Source: Monocercomonoides exilis PA203
Lineage: Eukaryota; Protista; Preaxostyla
Direction of reading: 5' to 3'
DNA length: 64,000 nucleotides
Assembly: GCA_001643675.2 (NCBI GenBank)
Contig: LSRY02000036.1
Coordinates: 806,001 to 870,000 of the forward strand
Below are positions 56,850-64,000 of this stretch, piece by piece. Both the position numbers and the translations under genes were made by a program. Below the pieces are notes generated by a model. That model made no database searches and was not told the DNA's origin. It saw only the letters and a program-made list of their open reading frames with translations. Within the stretch, counting starts at the first letter, position 1; every line of letters begins with the position of its first letter.

Positions 56850-59800
56850 TTAAACTTTGCATCAACCAGATTGCTGTTCATTGCTCATTTGGTCGATCGA
56901 CTTCATTCTTGTTGAGCGGAAAACAGCCGATAAAAAATTCAAAAGATAGCAAGAAATCTGAAACAATCAGCTGTGGATGTTTCTTTCATTGGAGCCTTCA
57001 AATGTCAAATGCAGATCAACAAGAGTTGTTCGAGTGACCTCTTTGCTGCTTCCAGAAATTATTTTAAAATTGAGAGAAATAATAAAAGAAAAGAAAAGAA
57101 TAAAAAAAGAGCTCGTGAAAAAAAAAGTCAAACAAGCTATTTTGTTTGACAAACCTTTCCTCAGCTTCAAAACAATCACTGATTCGAATTCACTTTTGTT
57201 CGATAAATCCTCTTCCCATTTTTCACTCTCTTCTCTTCTTCTTTCCTTTCTTGTGTTCTCTTTTCCAAGAATCGCAACAAATGCAAAGAACAAGAGGTTT
57301 TCTTCTTTTTTGTTTCAGCCTTGCTGATTTCTTCCGGCTTATCCAAAGAACAAACTGATGCAACAAAAACAACGTTGAATCGCTCGTGGTTTGTCAAAGA
57401 TAAAGAAACGTCTGATCCATAATTACAAATTTGAAATGAACAATTCCTTCAAAGAAGATCATCTTTTTGAATCATCAATCAATCGCGTTATTGTTCCTTC
57501 ATTCAGATCTGGCAAAATCATTTCTGGTCCAATGCTTTTGCCTTTCCTTCATATCCTTTTTTCAAAAGCATTTCATTCGTTCCTCAGCATTTTATGGTCA
57601 ATTAAAATGGAAAGTGCAACACATTGGTGAAAGCCTATCTCCCAAAAAATCTTGAATCAAATGCTTAATGAATTCAATAAATTATGTCAGCAATATTTGC
57701 GAAGAGGAAAATCGAACGCAACATGAACTGGTTTCGTAAAAAGTCGACCAAAATACTTTCCCTTCTCTCTGGCCAATCCTGAAAATTCTGCTGCAAAAAC
57801 TCCCACTTGCCAAAAAAAAATCTGATACCACTTTGCAAAAACACTGATTCCGCTTTGGTTAAGAACAAAATAGTTTCAAACAAAAGAGCCAATCCAACTG
57901 ATATTGCGCTCAAACAATCCGCAGAAGCTACCAAATCCATCTTTCTCTGCTTGATCCAGAGATGTTCCCCAGCTGCTCAAATAAAACTAAAAATGAGCAA
58001 CACCATGCTCTAGGATTTGCATGAGGCAATGATTCTATCAAAAAAGACGTTTTCAGTTTTTGTTGACCATGCAGCAATAATAGAGCCATCCGCATTGCTC
58101 AATTCTTCCTCATCCAACAACTTTTTGTCATCTTTCAAAGAAACTGAATTCTCTTTTTCGGTCTCTCTTCATCTTTCTTCGGTTATCATTTCTTCACTTC
58201 GATTCCAAAATCCATTTCCTTGTCAGATGCTCTTCTGAGTGTGAAGCAAGTGATGTGTCGATCATCTTCAGTATTTCTTTTCCCATTGATGTGCCTCCAA
58301 TACAGGCCAGCAGCACGATACTCGCTGTTTCTCTGCCATCTCCTTCCTCTGAACAGCCCTGCTGCATACACTAAAATTCTTGGCCTCATAAAAGTGCTTG
58401 TTTACTGCACTTACAGCAGCCCAGAAGGTTTTATCTTCCATCGCAGTGAAAAACAAATGTGAAGTCTCAGATGAAATTGAATGAAGCATTCTCAAGAAAC
58501 ATCTAATTATTCTGTTCCCAATCCAATGAAATGAACTTAACATTGCAACATCTGGAAAGCCAAAATGATTGAACAATGCTAGCGAGGTGAAGCGAGAGGC
58601 ACTTTTCTGGCTGCTCTTGTGATGGCTTCTTTCTCTCGAAAGGAAAAGGCTCCTGGCTGAGAGAAGAAACAATGCGCATCAAAAGCGGAAATCTCATAAG
58701 ATCCTGCTTCGCAGCCTGAACAAACTGCTTCGTTGTGAAACCTTCAATTTCAGGAGAAAAGTCGCTCTGCATTCCAAGCTGACTTCGCGTCCTGTATTTT
58801 TTGATAAAGGCAAATTCTGGCTCTTCAATTTATCCTCCAGATTGTTTCCATTTCAATTAATGAAGCATTTTGATTCAATAACACAAATTTTTGTGCAGCA
58901 GATTTTCGCCTTAACTGCTCCAAATCGTCTTTTGGGAGTGGAAAATAAATCAGTTGAAATTCATTTAAAGTTATTTGAATGGTTTTGTTGAAAACAAGAA
59001 TTTTTGATTCCCGAAATGCATCAATCAGAAATGTTAATGGCAAATAGATGCATGGCTGTGGCGTTTGTGAATCCTGAGAAAGATGCGCGCAGGGCAGCAA
59101 ATTCAAGCATGAAAGATAAGGATTGATCTGTTAAGGTTGAATGTTTCAAAAAATAAAAAATACTTATTTAATATAAATGAAATGACGAATGAACAAACAA
59201 AAATGTTTTTTTTCTTCAATGTGCATTCAATAATGCTCATTTGTTCAGGCGATTTAGCTTCGCGCAAGCTTGCTTCTGTCAAATTTCTTCCATCTTTGAA
59301 AATAAATCATCATCAATTCAGCCCCAAATCAACTCGCTCAAAAACAAAGTGACCAGCTTCTACATATAAAGATCCGTTATGTCCTTTACGGTGTTTGTAG
59401 AGATATAAGGGATTTGAGCGCTTCATCACGATTTTCGAGTGAAATATACATATTTGCGCTCAACTGAACAAATCAATCCCATTCACCACCACCACGAGCT
59501 TGAAGCATTCGAAAAAAATGATTTATTCATCTGTGGTTTTTGTTCATCCACCAGTCATTCCATCTCAATGCAAAAAAACGATTTTAAATCAAATACTTCA
59601 CCCAACATATATTTCTGATGAATGAAAAACAGAATTTCCCTCAAAAGCTGTCCAGAGCAGCAAAAGCGTTCAAACGATCAAAGGCTCAAATGACATAAAT
59701 TTGCTGCATTCCGGGAAGTGTTTCTTTTGTTGGATTTAGAAAAACGCACAACATGATATTCCGATAGTTTGTATTTTTTGTGTTTATTCGAGTTGAGATT

Positions 59801-60370
59801 CGAATTTCTTGTAGCAATTAATTTATTTAGCGCATCATTAATTTTGTATGACGAGGAGAAAGCAGTGCCAAAAATGTTTTTGGACATACCATGCAGGGCG
59901 TTGTTCACAAAAAATTTTATCAAAAACTGCGAATTGAAGCGAATGGAGCAAGCTGATCAAAACGAAAGCCCCAACATATCAAATAAAATTAGTGATTGCT
60001 CCAATTTCTTTTGAATAGCAAAATCCGTTCGCTCTGTTGTGAATGTGCTTATTTCAATTAAAGATGAAAATTATTCTCCGTTCTTCAAAAGCGAAGGCCC
60101 TTGTTGAATTTTTCGATGATGTTGGATTTTCTTTATTTATTTCTATCGGTGCTGCTGCATGCATTTATTCCATTTCGATGTTTCATGTGCATTTGCCTTT
60201 GAGGAATCAAAGGAGAGGATAGCCTGCAATTTCCTGTTCTCGCTTGGATGACAAAATAGATTGCTGCTATTTTCAAAAATAAAGATAAGGCGCTTGGGTG
60301 GAGTTGAATCATGAGCAAGAATACGCAAAGTGTGCTGATTTTAAGGAACTTGAAAGAAGTTTGAATTCAT
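56850..60370 (-). pseudogene. Heavily decayed intron-containing gene of unknown family
   Basis: From ATG 60370 one frame stays protein-like for ~1.1 kb with frequent in-frame stops. An intron-like GT..TTAACAG segment lies at ~59200-59128, and further broken minus-strand ORFs continue to ~56.9 kb. Confidence 0.5.
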
Positions 60371-60898
60371 CTTTTCAGAGTGGATATTTTCATTTTTTGT
60401 GGATTGATCCTGTTTATCTCTCTCTTTTTATTTCATTTTTTTTATTACAAATTCAGAAAAAAAATTTTTTTTGAAATTTTATTTTTTATTTTATTTTTAT
60501 TTTTCCATGATTTTGCAGCGTCATTTTCCAAAAGAAAAAATTCACGAAGCACATTTTTGAAAAATTCAGAGAAAAAATAAAGGATTGAAAATTTCCTTTG
60601 CAGAACAATGTTCACCCAGAAAGAAAATTGCTCTCAAAGCAACAGCTGTAATTAAGTTTCAGAAGTATGTCCAGAGATTTCAATTGCTATTCTATTAAAT
60701 GCATCAATTTGGATTGACATATTTTGAAAAGTTTGTTCCAAAGACAATTAGATTCAAAAATGCGGGGAAAAGTTGTAACATGGAAATAAAAATATGAGAA
60801 TAAATGCTGTTAAGTCTTTTTGTGTCTTTAAAAATAATGGTGCAGAAACGAAAAGATGGATTATGGATGGATGATCTATCAATTATTTTGGCTGAAAA

Positions 60899-63800
60899 AT
60901 GCAACTTCTTGTTGTTTGCCTTGAATTTGTGATTGGTGCATTTGGGAGCTGTCAACTACCTGACAAGAATGAGGAACAACTCCAATGCTGGATGGGGATG
61001 CTCAAAGGAAGACAAAACAGAAACGAAGAATGCGTTGTGAAGACAATGTGCAGAATGCACAACTCTTCAATTGGACTGGAGAATGTTTGCATTTATCGAT
61101 CAAGAGAAAAGTGTTCGTTTTTTGTTGGGGAACAATCTGCGCTGAGTTTTGGATGTTGCCTGCTGACTGAGAAAGGGAATCTTTCGTCTTCGACGATTTG
61201 CAATTGGGGGTTTTGTATTTTGAGAAATACATCGCTGATGAGCCGCTCTTGTTGTTTTTTGACAAACAGCGTCGTGGAGATGCAAAAAGCAAGTTCGTGT
61301 GTGCAGATAGAAAACTGTGAGTGGAGGAACATTGCGTTTTGTGGGAAAGGGAGTATTTTGAGAAATGGGGAAGGATTCAGCGAAGTTGTGAAAAAATGCA
61401 CTTTTGCGAATGTGACTGAGATGAACAAAGCCGATGAAAAGATGAAAAGCGAAGACTCAATCACTGAAAGCCACATGGAAGACAGCATTGTGATGAGCTC
61501 AATGAATGTGCTTGAAGGAGGAATAGTGAGTGGAACACAGGGATCGGGAGTATTTTTGTGCAGCAATTGCACATTTTATCACAACGAAAGAAGAGATTGG
61601 AGAATAAGGAATATAGATAGACTGTCAACAACAGAAACACAGACATTCAAAAATGCAGAGTGGATTGAATGCTCTGCTGATTGCGGTGGAGCACTGTATG
61701 TTCATGATAATCCAAACGCAACGCTCACTGTGGAGAATTCATCTTTTGTGAAATGCAAAGCAACATCCACAAGAGGAGGAGGCATTTATGCTCTGAATAT
61801 TGGAGAATGCACTGTGAAGCATTCTGTGTTTGAAGAGTGTTATTGTGCTTCATCGACAGACTACGGAGGGGCTGGTGCGGAGGTTGAAGAGTTGAATGTT
61901 CAAGTTCTTTTCGAAAATTGCATGTTTAGAAACTGTTTGTCGCAAAATGATGCAGGAGGCTTATTTATTGGAACATCAAAAGCATCAAAAACAAACGATT
62001 GTGTGCTGGATTGTTTGTTTATCAATTGCAGTGGCAATAATGCTAGTAATGGTGATGGTGGAGGACTGATGAATTGGAACCAAATTGATAAGATTGTGAC
62101 AAAAAACTGTTTGTTTATCGGATGTCATTCAGATAAGGAAGGCGGAGGAATTTCTTTAATGGTAAGAAGCTTTTCAGGAAGTTTGATTTGTTTTTGTTTT
62201 TTCCACAATAACAGTGCTCCGTTCGGGAGCGATGTACTCGTCAGTCAAAAAATAGATTATTCCCAACTGATTTGGTGTTTTTCAACAAAAACAGATGGGC
62301 TGAGATATTATGATGGGGAAGATAAAAGTGAATGGTTGCCAAACAATGGGGGGAAATGCAGATTCGTCTCCTCCAAATTGACTCAATCCAAAGCGAAAGA
62401 TACATATAGCTGCGGGTTGAATGAGAGTTATGCCTGTCTAACAATCAGCCATTGTCTTTCCCAATTGATCGTGGGGTTTGTGGAGGAAATGAAAGTGTTG
62501 AGTGGAACAGTTGTGGAAGGCAAAGGAGTTGATATTGGAGAGAAAACGATCTGTTTGAGTGGAGTTTCTCCATCTGGCTCTGCCATTGAAACAAAGTTTG
62601 AGGCAAATGGGCTGAGTCTATTTTGTGTTGGAGCAGGGGAGTTGGCTGTGAATGATTTGTTTGTGGTTCACAACACCTCGATTGAAAATAATAGAAGAAG
62701 CAGATTATTTGAGATTCAGGGAAGAGGATTGATGGATGTGAAGAGAATGAACATTTCGATGGATGTTGCTCATTCAGAAGAGAGGAGCATTCAAAACTCA
62801 CTTGTGAAAGTTGATGGTGGAGAGTTGAAAATGAAAGATGTGAAATGGTTGCAAACATTCAGTATCACAAGTGTGATATCACTTTCTCAAGGATCGTCAG
62901 TTTCATTCTCTCTGGATAACTGCACATTTAGCAACATTGTGAGGACAACAGCCGGATCATCGTTGATAAGTGCCAGTGAAGGGCCATTTTCGATAACACT
63001 TGAAGGATGCACAATTGATGGCTGTGGAAGTGTTGATTCTGTTTTTGGAGGAGGGATGATGATTGAAGTGGGGAATGTTGGTTCATTGAGGATGAATGGA
63101 GGGTTTGTGAAGAACTGTTATGCCTCGACCACTCAAGGGAGAGGAGGAGGGATTGGACTGAAAGTGAAAGATACAAGTGCAGATTTTCTGATTTCATCAA
63201 CATTTGAAGGAAACAGGGCGAAATGGGGAAGTGATATTTTTGTTGACTCAATCGATCTGGGAACGACTGCAACAAGTGGGAAGATCACTTCATTAACTGC
63301 TTCGAATTCCACAATAAACAAAATTCGGGGATTCCACAATGGAGATGAAACGATTCCAATACCGCTGTGTGTGTATCTGATTTATTTGCCAGAAGAGATT
63401 GTTGCAAGCAATGTTGATGCATTTGATCATTCTTATTGTGGATATGCTGAGTTTCCCTGTCTGACTTTAAAACATTCGCTGACTAGGCAAGAAGAGGAAA
63501 AGAAGATTGTTGTTGATGGGATGATTGCAATGGAAGAGGAGCTGATATTTGACTCCTATAAACACTCAATCAGGGGGAATGATGAAAACAGCGGATGGAA
63601 GGTGATTGATGAATGTGATGGAAGTGGAGAAGGCATGATAACAGTCAATACTAATATGAATTTGAGAACATTGATTTTCTCCATTCCATCTGCTCTTCCA
63701 AATCATGAAATATTCTTCAGTTCCACCTCACAATCATTTTCGCTTGAAGATTGCTCACTGACATTTCAAGGCTCCCAGTCAGCGTTATCTTATGTATTTT

Positions 63801-64000
63801 TGTCAACAACAGCTGGTGAGGTGTCCGTTTCATCGTTGAATGTCTTGCACTTGACTATTGGGAACTTTCCGCTGATTAATCTTGATGAAAGCAATGCTGC
63901 TGGAACATTTACTTCCATGAATATTGAGGATATAAGCTCGACAGGAAATGGTGTTTTGTTTGGAGCGGTGAATGGAGCATCTTTTTCGATTAAAGATTCA
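60899..64000 (+). CDS. Second giant receptor paralog (copy B), 5' part; runs off the window end
   Basis: Open frame from ATG 60899 (MQLLVVCLEFVIGAFGSC...), absent from the ORF track because it has no stop in the window. Near-identical to copy A at 61434-61860 and 62321-64000. Confidence 0.9.
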   Translation, partial: MQLLVVCLEFVIGAFGSCQLPDKNEEQLQCWMGMLKGRQNRNEECVVKTMCRMHNSSIGLENVCIYRSREKCSFFVGEQSALSFGCCLLTEKGNLSSSTICNWGFCILRNTSLMSRSCCFLTNSVVEMQKASSCVQIENCEWRNIAFCGKGSILRNGEGFSEVVKKCTFANVTEMNKADEKMKSEDSITESHMEDSIVMSSMNVLEGGIVSGTQGSGVFLCSNCTFYHNERRDWRIRNIDRLSTTETQTFKNAEWIECSADCGGALYVHDNPNATLTVENSSFVKCKATSTRGGGIYALNIGECTVKHSVFEECYCASSTDYGGAGAEVEELNVQVLFENCMFRNCLSQNDAGGLFIGTSKASKTNDCVLDCLFINCSGNNASNGDGGGLMNWNQIDKIVTKNCLFIGCHSDKEGGGISLMVRSFSGSLICFCFFHNNSAPFGSDVLVSQKIDYSQLIWCFSTKTDGLRYYDGEDKSEWLPNNGGKCRFVSSKLTQSKAKDTYSCGLNESYACLTISHCLSQLIVGFVEEMKVLSGTVVEGKGVDIGEKTICLSGVSPSGSAIETKFEANGLSLFCVGAGELAVNDLFVVHNTSIENNRRSRLFEIQGRGLMDVKRMNISMDVAHSEERSIQNSLVKVDGGELKMKDVKWLQTFSITSVISLSQGSSVSFSLDNCTFSNIVRTTAGSSLISASEGPFSITLEGCTIDGCGSVDSVFGGGMMIEVGNVGSLRMNGGFVKNCYASTTQGRGGGIGLKVKDTSADFLISSTFEGNRAKWGSDIFVDSIDLGTTATSGKITSLTASNSTINKIRGFHNGDETIPIPLCVYLIYLPEEIVASNVDAFDHSYCGYAEFPCLTLKHSLTRQEEEKKIVVDGMIAMEEELIFDSYKHSIRGNDENSGWKVIDECDGSGEGMITVNTNMNLRTLIFSIPSALPNHEIFFSSTSQSFSLEDCSLTFQGSQSALSYVFLSTTAGEVSVSSLNVLHLTIGNFPLINLDESNAAGTFTSMNIEDISSTGNGVLFGAVNGASFSIKDS

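Noticed and set aside
56850-60370. Possible TAA/TAG=Gln alternative genetic code (known in some oxymonads) explaining the in-frame stops
   Set aside because: TGA stops are similarly frequent here, and intact genes in the window terminate at TAA/TAG and have none internally.
30334-64000. A 30.6-kb tandem segmental duplication
   Set aside because: Similarity is confined to the receptor CDS; upstream flanks and intervening genes are unrelated.

Overview
AT-rich, intron-containing eukaryotic DNA with short GT-AG introns and the standard genetic code. It most resembles the oxymonad Monocercomonoides, judged from two recognisable expanded families (giant Cys/Gly-rich ectodomain + TM + TKL-like receptors; the 'KEVEMALLALSN...YHQE..NLTRLA.QSAW' family) and pervasive Ser/Glu microsatellite-coded inserts; this assignment is by recall, not by database search. 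Two compact gene blocks (1.5-26.6 kb; 48.5-56.4 kb) encode a multipass membrane protein, ERH, an F-box/RCC1-like protein, CFAP96, a dNK/TMK-like P-loop kinase, a catalytically dead enolase, a ~3,765-aa SCYL3-like pseudokinase, a possible PELP1/Rix1 and an SLC35F6-like transporter. Accessory zones (27-48 kb; 56.7-64 kb) hold a 1-kb foldback element, MITEs, a 30-aa Trp/Met tandem-repeat protein, pseudogenes and two intronless receptor-pseudokinase paralogs. The most striking signal is that these two receptor genes alternate near-identical constant blocks with two deeply diverged but length-conserved variable blocks, at a fixed offset of 30,565 nt from the ATG onward. An orphan pseudogenic copy of one variable module lies between them. 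Together these suggest cassette-type (gene-conversion) diversification of surface receptors.
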